In this document: positions 1 through 9,439 of the stretch, piece after piece
Numbering within the stretch: the first letter of the stretch is position 1
How the letters are laid out: each line of letters opens with the position of its first letter
Source of the DNA: Thermoanaerobaculia bacterium
GTDB lineage: Bacteria > Acidobacteriota > Thermoanaerobaculia > Gp7-AA8
Assembly: GCA_036388835.1 (NCBI GenBank)
Contig: DASVRB010000185.1
Coordinates: forward strand, 12,021-76,020
DNA: 64,000 bases
Direction: 5' to 3'
Program-made: the position numbers and the translations under genes
Notes under the pieces: model-generated
The model's input: the letters and a program-made list of their open reading frames with translations, nothing else
What the model was told of the DNA's origin: nothing
Databases searched by the model: none

Positions 1-2822
1 GTCGAATTCGACTTCAGGCAGCGCGCCGACGCGGTGTTGTTGCGGCGCGTGAGCACGGTCGTGTTCACGAAGTCGGGATCTTCGATGCCCTGATTGTTGA
101 AGAGGTTCAGCACGTCGCCTTCGATGAAGATCTCGGTGCCGCGCATCGCCGGCAGATAGAAGTTGATCCCGAGATCGGTCGACATGATGTCCTCGAGGCG
201 GAACGCGCCACGGTCGCTGAAGTAGTAGCCGACCGACGACGGCGGCGTCTCATAACCGGGATTCGTCACGCCGTTCGCCGGGCCGTTCGCGGTGCCGGCG
301 CGCACGTCGATCGTCGCGAACGCCGAATGCGAGAGGCCGGAGTGATACCGCTCGAGCAGCGAGAGGTTGAGCCGGCCGAAGCCGAAATTGACGTCGTACG
401 CGAGCCACGCATTCGCGCGATGGCGCATGTCGGACGAGAGATAGCCGACCGGCTTGTTCTGCGCGAAGTCGGTGTACTCCGGGAAGTTGTGATAGTCGGT
501 GAAGGTCGTGGCGAAGCTCGCCGACTCCCCTTCCACGTTGCCGCGCAGACGGCCGTAGGTGTAGTTGCCGCCGAACGTCAGCGCCGGCAGGATGCGATAG
601 CTGCCCTGCAACTGGAAGCCGCGGTAGTTGCGCTCCAGACCGTCGCCGCTGTTCTCGATCACGCCCTGATCGAACGTGTTGCCGTTCGGGCCGACCGCTT
701 TTCCGGTCTCGAGCGTGCGGCGGATGACGTAGAAATCAGTCCATTCGCGATGGATGCCGTCGACGCGCAGCACGCCGCGGCTGCCGAGCTGAATCGCGTA
801 GCCGAGCGTGATCTCGTCCATGCTCGGCGCCTGCAGCGAACGATCGAAGCGCGTGGTCGTGCCGGGGATGTTCGGCGGATCGGCGAGGAGGTCGAGATTG
901 CTCGTGCCGCCGGCGGCCTGGAACCAGGCGAACACCTGCTGGATGAGCTGCGGAATCGGCACGAGCTGATCGTTCGGCGTTCCCGGCGGGTTGATGGCGG
1001 GGCCGCCGTAGTTGAAATAGTACGACGCGTAACGGCCGGCCGTGGCGGTGTTGTCGGCCGGACCCTGATCGACCTTCGCCACGTACTTGCCGTACGTCGC
1101 GCTGAAGCGATGACGGCCGTTGCCGGCGATGTCGTAATGCGCCGCGAGGCGCGGGCTGAACGCCGAATCGTCGACGGTCTTGTGGCCCGCCTGGTCCTTA
1201 CCGTCGGCCTGGTCGTAGCGGATGCCGACGTTGAAGTTCCAGTGCTGATTGAAGTCCCAGCGATCGTTGAAGAACACCGACTGCACGCCGAAGTCGGAGG
1301 TCTGCGAAAGCGCCGGCACCGGATCCCACTCGATCTGCGACGCGTCGGGATCGACGCTGAAGAACTGCTGTCCGTTCACGAAGATGAAGTTGCCGTGAAT
1401 GCGGAAGTCGCTGCCCGACTGGAAATTGTTTTCGTTGCGGAGCTGGCGGAACTCTTCGACGCCCGCGACCAGCGCGTGGTTGCCGAGCGACTGCGTACCG
1501 AGAAAATACGAGCCCTTGGCCAGCCAGCTCTTGTTGTTGCGCTGTTTCGGCGGGCACGGCGCGCCGCAGAACGTCGGCGACCAGCCGCGGACGCCGAGAT
1601 CGCCGTCCACGAGCAGCGTGCCGTTGATCAGGTCGCGCGCCGTTGCACCGTTCGTGAACTGATCGTTCATCCGGCTGTACTGCCCTTCGAGCAGCACCGT
1701 GTCGGAGAGCACGCCGTTGTAATTGAGCGACAGCAACGACTTCGGACGCGCGTACGGCGCAAGACTGCGAAGGTCGACGACCTGGCCGCCGCTGACGTTG
1801 TTCTCGCGCGTCTCCTCGCTGTCGATGTACGTGCCGACGACCGAATGACGCTGCGTCACCTGTCCGGTGAGCTTCACCTCATAGCGACTGTCTTCGGTCG
1901 AGAAGACATACGGGATGTTGGTGAGTGTCGTCTGACGCGACAGCGACGACTCGTTGTAACGCCCGGCCAGCAAAAACCAGAGACGGTCGCGGATGATGCG
2001 TCCGCCGAGGGTCGCCTCGTACGCGCTGTTCACGTCGTCGATCGGATCGGTCTGCGCCGCGTAATCCGATTTCTCCGTCCAGCTCGGGTTCGTCAGCGAA
2101 TCGCGCAGCGAGCCGGAAAACTCGTTGCCGCCCGACTTCGTGATCGTGCTGACCACGCCGCCGGTGAAGCGTCCGAACTCCGCGGAGATACCGCCGGTGA
2201 GCACGGTCGTTTCCTGGATCGCGTCCTCGATGTACAGCGGGTTCGGCTGGCCGCGCAGGTTCTCGTTCACGATCACGCCGTCGACGAGGAAGAGGTTGTC
2301 GTACGAGTTCGCGCCCGAGATCGTGATCTGGTTGTTCGGGCCCGCTTCATTGACGCCGGCGGCGAGCCGCGTGATGTCATCGATGGTGCGTCCCGTCGGC
2401 AGTTCGTTGATCTGCTCGGACTCGAAGTTCGTCGCGACCTCGGTGGTCTCGATGATCGGCACCGAGCCGGCCGTGACGGTCAGCACTTCCGACACCGACT
2501 CCATCACCAGTTCCGCGTCCGCGCGGCTGTTCTGCGCGAGCGAAACATTGGCGCGCCGTTCCGCGCGCCGCATGCCGCTCAATTCGAACGTGACGGTGTA
2601 GTTGCCGGGAGGAAGCGACGGCAGCGAATAGCCGCCCGCTTCATTCGTGACGGTACTGCGCGTGCCCTGGAGCGATGGCGACGACACCGTGACGGTGACG
2701 CCCGGCAGCGGACTTCCGCTGCTCGTCACCGTGCCCGACAACGAGCCGGTCGTACCTTGGGCAAATGCGCTGGAGAAAACTGCCAGGACGAGGAGGGACA
2801 CGGCCGCAACGCGGCGGAGCAT
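1..2822 (-). CDS. TonB-dependent outer-membrane receptor with CarboxypepD_reg-like N-terminus (partial; C-terminal barrel runs off the window start)
   Basis: Reverse-complement translation from ~2822 gives MLRRVAAVSLLVLAVFSSAFAQGTTGSLSGTVTSSGSPLPGVTVTV..GGYSLPSLPPGNYTVTFELSGM.., a signal peptide plus carboxypeptidase-regulatory-like domain typical of Acidobacteria TonB-dependent receptors. The 892-aa plus-strand ORF 327..3005 is its antisense shadow (R/E/A/V-rich). The ORF has no stop inside the window, which explains its absence from the track. Confidence 0.65.
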   Translation of the reverse strand, partial: MLRRVAAVSLLVLAVFSSAFAQGTTGSLSGTVTSSGSPLPGVTVTVSSPSLQGTRSTVTNEAGGYSLPSLPPGNYTVTFELSGMRRAERRANVSLAQNSRADAELVMESVSEVLTVTAGSVPIIETTEVATNFESEQINELPTGRTIDDITRLAAGVNEAGPNNQITISGANSYDNLFLVDGVIVNENLRGQPNPLYIEDAIQETTVLTGGISAEFGRFTGGVVSTITKSGGNEFSGSLRDSLTNPSWTEKSDYAAQTDPIDDVNSAYEATLGGRIIRDRLWFLLAGRYNESSLSRQTTLTNIPYVFSTEDSRYEVKLTGQVTQRHSVVGTYIDSEETRENNVSGGQVVDLRSLAPYARPKSLLSLNYNGVLSDTVLLEGQYSRMNDQFTNGATARDLINGTLLVDGDLGVRGWSPTFCGAPCPPKQRNNKSWLAKGSYFLGTQSLGNHALVAGVEEFRQLRNENNFQSGSDFRIHGNFIFVNGQQFFSVDPDASQIEWDPVPALSQTSDFGVQSVFFNDRWDFNQHWNFNVGIRYDQADGKDQAGHKTVDDSAFSPRLAAHYDIAGNGRHRFSATYGKYVAKVDQGPADNTATAGRYASYYFNYGGPAINPPGTPNDQLVPIPQLIQQVFAWFQAAGGTSNLDLLADPPNIPGTTTRFDRSLQAPSMDEITLGYAIQLGSRGVLRVDGIHREWTDFYVIRRTLETGKAVGPNGNTFDQGVIENSGDGLERNYRGFQLQGSYRILPALTFGGNYTYGRLRGNVEGESASFATTFTDYHNFPEYTDFAQNKPVGYLSSDMRHRANAWLAYDVNFGFGRLNLSLLERYHSGLSHSAFATIDVRAGTANGPANGVTNPGYETPPSSVGYYFSDRGAFRLEDIMSTDLGINFYLPAMRGTEIFIEGDVLNLFNNQGIEDPDFVNTTVLTRRNNTASARCLKSNS

Positions 2823-3023
2823 GGACATTCACACCTCCGAAAATTTTCGATTGAACAGGGCAGATGGCGATGGTCGAGGCCGCCGATTGTATCCGCGGAA
2901 GGTGAGGGTTCACTGAGTTCGGGACGAGGCGGTCCGAGGAGCTCGGCAACGTCCTGTGGCGCGACGCACACGCCCTTTGCCGCGGCGTGCGTACGAAGCG
3001 AGTGACATAAGATCCGCCCCTCT

Positions 3024-3692
3024 ATGGCGTTCCTCGAGGGGCACGGCCTCTCCAAAACGTACCGCAACGCGGAAGTGCCGGTGCTGGTGTTCGGCGGGCT
3101 CGATCTCGAGGTCGAACAGGGCGAGATGCTGGCGATCGTCGGGCCGTCGGGCATCGGGAAATCGACGCTCCTGCATCTTCTCGGCGGACTCGATCGCGCC
3201 GACTCCGGGCGCGTGCGCGTAGCCGAGCACGACCTGACGCGGATGAACGCCGACGAGCTCGCGCGCTTTCGCAATCGCAACGTCGGCTTCGTGTTCCAGT
3301 TCCATCACCTGCTGCCGGAATTCACTGCCGCGGAGAACGTGGCCATGCCGGGCTGGATTGGAAAAATGGATCGCGCCGCGGCGCTCGAGCGCGCGCATGC
3401 ACTCCTCGGCGAGCTCGGTCTCGCGCAGCGCAGCGGCCACTATCCCAACCAGCTCTCCGGCGGCGAACAGCAGCGCGTCGCCATCGCGCGCGCGTTGCTC
3501 GCCGATCCCATTCTTTTTCTCGCCGACGAGCCGACCGGCAACCTCGATCTCGAGACCAGCGAACGGGTCTTCGAACTGATGCGCGACTGTCACCGGCAGC
3601 GCGGCCTGACGTCCGTTATCGTCACCCACAATCCCGATCTTGCCGCGCGCTGCGACCGAACCTTCGAGATGAAGCAGCAGCGCTACAACTAG
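3024..3692 (+). CDS. ABC transporter ATP-binding protein, LolD/MacB-like
   Basis: Walker [13 protein letters not shown] signature [15 protein letters not shown], Walker [15 protein letters not shown]-loop VTHN. No cognate permease gene in the window. Confidence 0.85.
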   Translation: MAFLEGHGLSKTYRNAEVPVLVFGGLDLEVEQGEMLAIVGPSGIGKSTLLHLLGGLDRADSGRVRVAEHDLTRMNADELARFRNRNVGFVFQFHHLLPEFTAAENVAMPGWIGKMDRAAALERAHALLGELGLAQRSGHYPNQLSGGEQQRVAIARALLADPILFLADEPTGNLDLETSERVFELMRDCHRQRGLTSVIVTHNPDLAARCDRTFEMKQQRYN

Positions 3693-3715
3693 TTCGATTC
3701 GATTGAGGGGGGCGG

Positions 3716-5332
3716 ATGCGTCGCTTGCTCGCTGTTCTGTTGGCGTGCTGTACGGCGGTACCTGCTGTGGCTCAGGATCCCCGCTTCGGCGAGGTCATCG
3801 AAGTCTCGCTCATCAACGTCGACGTCATCGTCACCGATCGCGCCGGCAATCACGTGCGCGGTCTCACCGCCGACGACTTCGAGTTGTACGAAAGCGGCGA
3901 GCTGCAGCCGATCACCAACTTCGCCGAATACCGCGGCAGCGGCGCGAAACGGGTCGCCAATGCTCCCGCTTCGACAGGCACAGCGGCGGCCGACGCCGCA
4001 CCGCCGCAGAAGCGCGCGATCGTCGTGTTCGTCGACAAGCTCAACGTGCATGGCCGCGAACGGACGCAGCTCTTCGATGGAGTCAAGCAGTTCCTGCGGC
4101 GCAACGTGCGTCCGGGTGATGCGGCCGCGGTGGTGCGGTGGTCGGCCGGCCCCGGCTCGATGCACGACTTCACCGACGACGTGGCGAAGCTCGAGGCGTC
4201 GCTCGACGCGATCTCGAATGAACGCGCGCGTGTGAAGGGGAGCGAGTGGGACTACATCGACTTCGAGCGCACGCAGCTCGAGTGGTTCTACGCCATCGCC
4301 GACGGCGGCTGGGTCGGCACGTCCGTCTCGCAGTACGACGCCACCGCGCGCGTCGCGCTCGATGTGCGGCAGAAGGCGCGCGTGCTTTCCCGTTTGATCG
4401 AGACGATCGGCGGTACGGACGGGCAGAAACTGCTGCTCATGCTGTCCGATCGCTTCGCGGCGCACTCTGGTGCGGAGTACGCGGGCATGAATAACAAGGT
4501 CGCGGTCAACGCGAGCGTGCAGATCGCCGACATGCTCCGCGCGGCGAAGGCCAACGGCGTGCGCGTGTATCCGCTCTATGCGCGCATCGGCGACATGGAC
4601 GTCAACGAAACTGCTTCGACCAATCGACAAGCCACGTTGCTGCAGAAGACGCAGTCGACGCTGCGGAACGTCGAGACCTCCTCGCTCATGAACATCGCGA
4701 ACGAGACCGGCGGCGTCGCCGGCACAGGCCTCGGCGACATCCAGCGGCTCTTCACCGGCATCACTGAAGATCTGGAGTCGTATTACTCGCTCGCGTACCG
4801 CGCCACCGAGGCGCGCGACGGCCGCGAGAAACGGCTGGTCGTGAAAGTGAAGAACGGCGCGTATCGCGTGCGCACGCGGCGCGACGTCGTGAACCGTTCG
4901 AGCGAGACGCTGACGCGCCAGCGCATCATCGCGAAGCTCCTCCAGCCCGCGCACACCGAAGGGTTTCCGGTGAACGTCTTCCTCAAAAAATCGCGACGCG
5001 ATGAAGCGGGCCTGCTGCGACTTCCACTCGAGATCAAAGTGCCGATGAGCGCATTGACGCTCTTGCCGGATGGCGAAACGCAGACCGGTGGTTTCAGCGT
5101 TTACGTCGCATGGGCCGCCGATCTCGCAACCGTCAGCGACATCACACGCCGCTCGCAAGCGGTGAGCATTCCGGCGACTGAGCTCGCCGCTGCAAAGTCG
5201 CGCGTCATCACATACGACCTCGAGATCGCGGCCACGCGCACGATCGAGCGTGTCGTCGTCGCCGTGGTGGACGACCTGTCGCAGGAAATCGGCTACGTGC
5301 GCTTCGACATCCCGAAGCCGAAAGCGAAGTGA
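3716..5332 (+). CDS. Secreted VWA-domain protein (VWFA-related Acidobacterial domain, TIGR03436-like)
   Basis: Signal peptide MRRLLAVLLACCTAVPAVAQ. N-terminal EVIEVSLINVDVIVTDRAGNHVRGLTADDFELYESGELQPITNF matches the acidobacterial VWFA-related family. GAGGGGGG RBS upstream. Confidence 0.65.
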   Translation: MRRLLAVLLACCTAVPAVAQDPRFGEVIEVSLINVDVIVTDRAGNHVRGLTADDFELYESGELQPITNFAEYRGSGAKRVANAPASTGTAAADAAPPQKRAIVVFVDKLNVHGRERTQLFDGVKQFLRRNVRPGDAAAVVRWSAGPGSMHDFTDDVAKLEASLDAISNERARVKGSEWDYIDFERTQLEWFYAIADGGWVGTSVSQYDATARVALDVRQKARVLSRLIETIGGTDGQKLLLMLSDRFAAHSGAEYAGMNNKVAVNASVQIADMLRAAKANGVRVYPLYARIGDMDVNETASTNRQATLLQKTQSTLRNVETSSLMNIANETGGVAGTGLGDIQRLFTGITEDLESYYSLAYRATEARDGREKRLVVKVKNGAYRVRTRRDVVNRSSETLTRQRIIAKLLQPAHTEGFPVNVFLKKSRRDEAGLLRLPLEIKVPMSALTLLPDGETQTGGFSVYVAWAADLATVSDITRRSQAVSIPATELAAAKSRVITYDLEIAATRTIERVVVAVVDDLSQEIGYVRFDIPKPKAK

Positions 5333-5577
5333 CGCCGCACGCGCGGCAGCGATCTCTGCCGTCTGTGCGCACGTGTGTGCCGGATCGGTCACAGCACCCA
5401 ATGCGGCGCTCGGCACGATTTGTGTTCAGTGCGTGACGGAGGCTAGCGAACCAGCACGAACGGAAGAACAGTTCCGGGCGAGGCGTTCCGAAACTCGCCG
5501 GTGGTGACGTCTATAATCAACAATCGATCACGCACCGGCATTAGCGAATCGCAGATGACGCAACGCTAACCAGTCCA

Positions 5578-8013
5578 ATGTTCGAAAAATACAACGAGAA
5601 AGCACGCCGCGCACTCTTCTTCGCCCGATACGAAGCATCGAAGCTCGGCTCCCGCGTCATCGAGTCCGAGCACATCCTCCTCGGCGTTCTCCGCGAGGGG
5701 GAAGAAATCATCAAAGAGATCTTCTCCCGCTTCAATGTGAAGCCCGAGCAGATCCGCCGCGAGGTCGAAGGCGATCGCCTGTTCGTCGATCGCATCTCTT
5801 CCTCGGCCGAGCTTCCGCTCTCAGAAGAATCAAAGAAAATCCTCGCTTACGCCGCACATGAAGCGGAGTCGATGCTGCACCAGTACGTCGGCACCGAGCA
5901 CCTCCTGATCGGCATCCTTCGCGTCGAGTCGTCCACCGCCGCGCGCATCCTCACCGCCAAAGGCCTCAATGTTTACGGCGTGCGCGAGGAGACGATCTCG
6001 ATCCTCAAAGAGCGCGAAGCCGACAAGCAGAAGAAAGAGCTTCCGTTCCTCGCCGAGTACGCCCGCGACCTCACGGCCATGGCGCACTCGCAGCAGTTCG
6101 ATCCGCTGATCGGACGTGAAAAGGAAGTCGAGCGGATCATTCAGATCCTGTCGCGCCGCACGAAGAACAATCCGATCCTCCTCGGCGAGCCGGGTGTCGG
6201 CAAGACCGCGATCGTCGAAGGCCTCGCGCAGCGCATCGTCGACGGCAACGTGCCGCTCTTCATCGCGAACAAGCGCATCCTCTCGCTCGACCTCTCGCTC
6301 ATCGTCGCCGGCACGAAATACCGCGGCCAGTTCGAAGAGCGGCTCAAAGGCATCATCAAAGAGCTCAAAGAAAACCAGGACATCATCATCTTCATCGATG
6401 AGATCCATTCACTGATCGGAGCTGGTTCCGCCGAGGGTTCGCTCGACGCGGCCAACATCCTCAAGCCGGCGCTGTCGCGCGGCGAGATCTCGTGCATCGG
6501 CGCAACGACGATTCGCGAATATCGCCGCTACATCGAAAAGGACCGCTCGCTGCTGCGCCGCTTCCAGGCCATCATCGTCAATCCTCCGACCGAGGACGAG
6601 ACGCTGCAGATTCTCGAAGGCGTCAAAGAGCGTTACGAGAGCTTCCACAAGGTCAAATACAGCGATACGGCGATCCGTACTGCCGTCTATCAATCCAACC
6701 GCTACATCACCGATCGCTTCTTCCCCGATAAAGCGATCGACATTCTCGACGAGGCCGGCGCGAAGGTGAAGCTGCGCCGCGTCGCCGACACGCAGAACCT
6801 CCGCCGCCTCGAGGCGGAAACGCGCTCGATCGTCAAAGAGATGAAGAAAGCGATCTCGGACAAAGACTTCGAGAAAGCGGTCTTCCTGCGCGAGCGCGAG
6901 ATCGAGCTCAAAGAAGAGATCGAGCGCTTCAAGCAGGAGCGCGAGATGGTCGGCGACGAGATGATGGAAGTCACTCAGCGCGACGTCGAAGAGATCATCA
7001 GCTCCTGGACCGACATCCCGGTGACGTCGATCGAAGCCGACGAAGCGGCGAAGCTGATCAACATGGAAGACATCCTGATGCGGCGCATCGTCGGTCAGGA
7101 CAAAGCGATCAAAGCGATCTCCCGTGCGATCCGCCGTTCGCGACTCGGCGTCGCGTCACCGAACCGGCCGATGGGCTCGTTCATCTTTCTCGGCTCATCC
7201 GGCGTCGGTAAGACCGAGGTCGCGCGCAGGCTCGCCGAGTTCCTGTTTGGCTCGCAGAAACACCTCATCCGCTTCGACATGTCGGAGTACATGGAGAAGC
7301 ACGCCGTCTCGAAGCTCATCGGCTCGCCTCCCGGCTACGTCGGGCACGAGGAGGGCGGTCAGCTCACCGAGCGCGTGCGCCGCAATCCGTACTCCGTCGT
7401 GCTGCTCGACGAGATCGAGAAAGCGCATCCCGACATCGCCAACCTGCTGCTGCAGATCCTCGAGGACGGCATCCTCACCGACTCGCTCGGCAATCAGGTC
7501 GACTTCCGCAACACGCTCATCATCATGACGAGCAACCTCGGCACGCGGCACCTCGCCACGCGCGGCCACATGGGCTTCCGCGAGCAGGGCGACGCGGTCG
7601 ACCAGAAGTCGGCCGAGCAGCTCATTCACACGGAGCTGAAGCGCGAGTTCTCGCCCGAGTTCATCAACCGCATCGACGAAGTCATCATCTTCAACCCGCT
7701 CACCGACGCCGAGCTGCGCGCGATCTGCCAGTTGCTGATCGACGACGTCAACAACGCGCTCGTGCACAAACACGTGCAGATCGCCGTTGACGACTCTGTC
7801 GTGGCGTGGCTGCTCGCGAAAGCACGCGAAGAATCAAACTCCGGAGCGCGTCCGCTCCGCCGCGCGATTCAGCGGCACATCGAAGACGAGCTCTCGGAGT
7901 TCATGATCCGCAACAAGGACTCCGTCCCCGAGCGCGTCGACTTTGTGCTGCAGGACGATCAGGTCATCCTCGTCCCGCACGTCGCCATCGAGCCGGAACC
8001 AATCGCGAACTAA
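5578..8013 (+). CDS. clpC: ATP-dependent Clp protease ATP-binding subunit ClpC (Clp_N repeats plus two AAA+ modules)
   Basis: N-terminal repeat [43 protein letters not shown], second Walker [18 protein letters not shown], and a UVR-like linker between the two AAA domains. Confidence 0.9.
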   Translation: MFEKYNEKARRALFFARYEASKLGSRVIESEHILLGVLREGEEIIKEIFSRFNVKPEQIRREVEGDRLFVDRISSSAELPLSEESKKILAYAAHEAESMLHQYVGTEHLLIGILRVESSTAARILTAKGLNVYGVREETISILKEREADKQKKELPFLAEYARDLTAMAHSQQFDPLIGREKEVERIIQILSRRTKNNPILLGEPGVGKTAIVEGLAQRIVDGNVPLFIANKRILSLDLSLIVAGTKYRGQFEERLKGIIKELKENQDIIIFIDEIHSLIGAGSAEGSLDAANILKPALSRGEISCIGATTIREYRRYIEKDRSLLRRFQAIIVNPPTEDETLQILEGVKERYESFHKVKYSDTAIRTAVYQSNRYITDRFFPDKAIDILDEAGAKVKLRRVADTQNLRRLEAETRSIVKEMKKAISDKDFEKAVFLREREIELKEEIERFKQEREMVGDEMMEVTQRDVEEIISSWTDIPVTSIEADEAAKLINMEDILMRRIVGQDKAIKAISRAIRRSRLGVASPNRPMGSFIFLGSSGVGKTEVARRLAEFLFGSQKHLIRFDMSEYMEKHAVSKLIGSPPGYVGHEEGGQLTERVRRNPYSVVLLDEIEKAHPDIANLLLQILEDGILTDSLGNQVDFRNTLIIMTSNLGTRHLATRGHMGFREQGDAVDQKSAEQLIHTELKREFSPEFINRIDEVIIFNPLTDAELRAICQLLIDDVNNALVHKHVQIAVDDSVVAWLLAKAREESNSGARPLRRAIQRHIEDELSEFMIRNKDSVPERVDFVLQDDQVILVPHVAIEPEPIAN

Positions 8014-8016
8014 AGT

Positions 8017-8052
8017 GGAGGACAGGCAATCCTGCCTGTCCTCTCTTTTTTC
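8017..8052 (+). terminator. Rho-independent terminator after clpC
   Basis: GGAGGACAGG-caatc-CCTGTCCTC hairpin followed by TCTTTTTT. Confidence 0.6.
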
Positions 8053-8070
8053 TGCGCAATAATCGCGGCC

Positions 8071-8451
8071 ATGCCGCTCGTACGCATCACGCTCCGCCAG
8101 GGAAAGCCGGCGGACTTTCTCGCCGCCGCATCCGCTGCCATTCACCAGGCGCTCGTCACGAACGCCAACGTTCCGGCCGACGATCTGTTTCACGTGATCG
8201 ACGAGGTCGCGTCGTCGAATCTGATCGCGCATCCGACGTACGCCGGGATGGAGCGCAGCGACGACGTCATCTTCATCGAGATCACGCTCAACGCCGGCCG
8301 CACCATCGAGATCAAGCGCGCGCTGTACGCCGACATCGCGTCGCGTTTCGGAGCGATCGGCGTGCGTCCCGATGACATCCTCGTCAACCTCGTCGAAGTG
8401 ACAAAAGAGAACTGGTCATTTGGACGCGGGCTGGCGACGTACGCGAGCTGA
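8071..8451 (+). CDS. Tautomerase-family protein (4-oxalocrotonate tautomerase-like)
   Basis: The N-terminal MPLVRITL places Pro-1 immediately after the initiator Met, as in the 4-OT/tautomerase superfamily. 126 aa. Confidence 0.55.
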   Translation: MPLVRITLRQGKPADFLAAASAAIHQALVTNANVPADDLFHVIDEVASSNLIAHPTYAGMERSDDVIFIEITLNAGRTIEIKRALYADIASRFGAIGVRPDDILVNLVEVTKENWSFGRGLATYAS

Positions 8452-9315
8452 AATCCACTCGGTTCGCGCCTTCCCGTTCGCGTCGTACATCCGCACGCGA
8501 ATCGAACGCGCCGCGATCTCCACGACCGCGAATCCGATCCGCTCCAGCCGGATCTGATCGGGAAAGAGGGTCGTCGTCCGGAGCTTGATCGGCGGGACGG
8601 GCGAGGAGCCTGCGCCGCTGATCAGGTGAAGCATCCGTCCGCGGATCAGCTCGACGTGGTGATCGTGGCCGCAGATGAAGAGGTCGATCCGCTCCTCGCG
8701 CAGCAGCGGGATGAGCGTGCGCATCCTCGCGACCTCGTCGCGCGGAAAGTAGCCGTGGTAGCCGGACGAGATGACCGGATGGTGGCCGACCACCACGCGC
8801 CACGGCTTCTTCGACGCCGCGAATGTCTCCCGGATCGCCGGCGCGATCGCGTTGCGTCCGCCGCGCACGAGCGGCGTCGTGTCAACAAACGCGAAATCCG
8901 CGACCGGGGTCCGCAGCGCGTACTGCCGTCCGGGGAAGCGCCAGTTGGGGATGACTTCGCTCGCACGAACCTGCGCGTCGGGATCCGCCTTTCCGCAGAA
9001 ATCGTGATTGCCGAGGACCGGAAAAACCGGCACTCCGACCCGCGTCAGCGGCAGGTTGACCGACCAGCGCGGATCGGTCTCTGACGTAACTCCGCACGGG
9101 TAGAAGTTGTCTCCTGTCAACAGGATGGCGTCGAGCGGCGACGCTGCATGCACGCGCGCGATTCCCTTCGCCACCGCTGCCGCGCCATCGCCCGTATCGC
9201 CCGTCACCGCGAGGCGCAGCGTCTTCGTCTGCGGCTCGATGGTGACGACCGGTAAGCCCGCCGCGAACGCGGTCGCGCTCCAGGCGAGCAGAACGATGTA
9301 GCGCAGGGTCGTCAT
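8416..9315 (-). CDS. Secreted calcineurin-like metallophosphoesterase
   Basis: Signal peptide, then metallophosphatase motifs GDTGDG, GDNFY, GNHD and GHDHH. Its 3' end overlaps the convergent tautomerase gene by ~36 nt. Confidence 0.8.
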   Translation of the reverse strand: MTTLRYIVLLAWSATAFAAGLPVVTIEPQTKTLRLAVTGDTGDGAAAVAKGIARVHAASPLDAILLTGDNFYPCGVTSETDPRWSVNLPLTRVGVPVFPVLGNHDFCGKADPDAQVRASEVIPNWRFPGRQYALRTPVADFAFVDTTPLVRGGRNAIAPAIRETFAASKKPWRVVVGHHPVISSGYHGYFPRDEVARMRTLIPLLREERIDLFICGHDHHVELIRGRMLHLISGAGSSPVPPIKLRTTTLFPDQIRLERIGFAVVEIAARSIRVRMYDANGKARTEWISARVRRQPASK

Positions 9316-9439
9316 CGCCTTTGATGATACGGACCGCCGTGTAGAATGCGCCGCGTTTCCCCTGTGTTGACTGGCCCGCGTGACCTCCAGCCCGGGTCGT
9401 GCGTCTCACAACCAAACTGCAGCACCTCGCAAAAAATCT

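Noticed and set aside
327-3005. 892-aa plus-strand ORF
   Set aside because: The translation is R/E/A/V-rich low complexity with no motifs. The opposite strand encodes a clear signal peptide plus CarboxypepD_reg/TonB-dependent receptor. Typical antisense shadow ORF of a high-GC genome.
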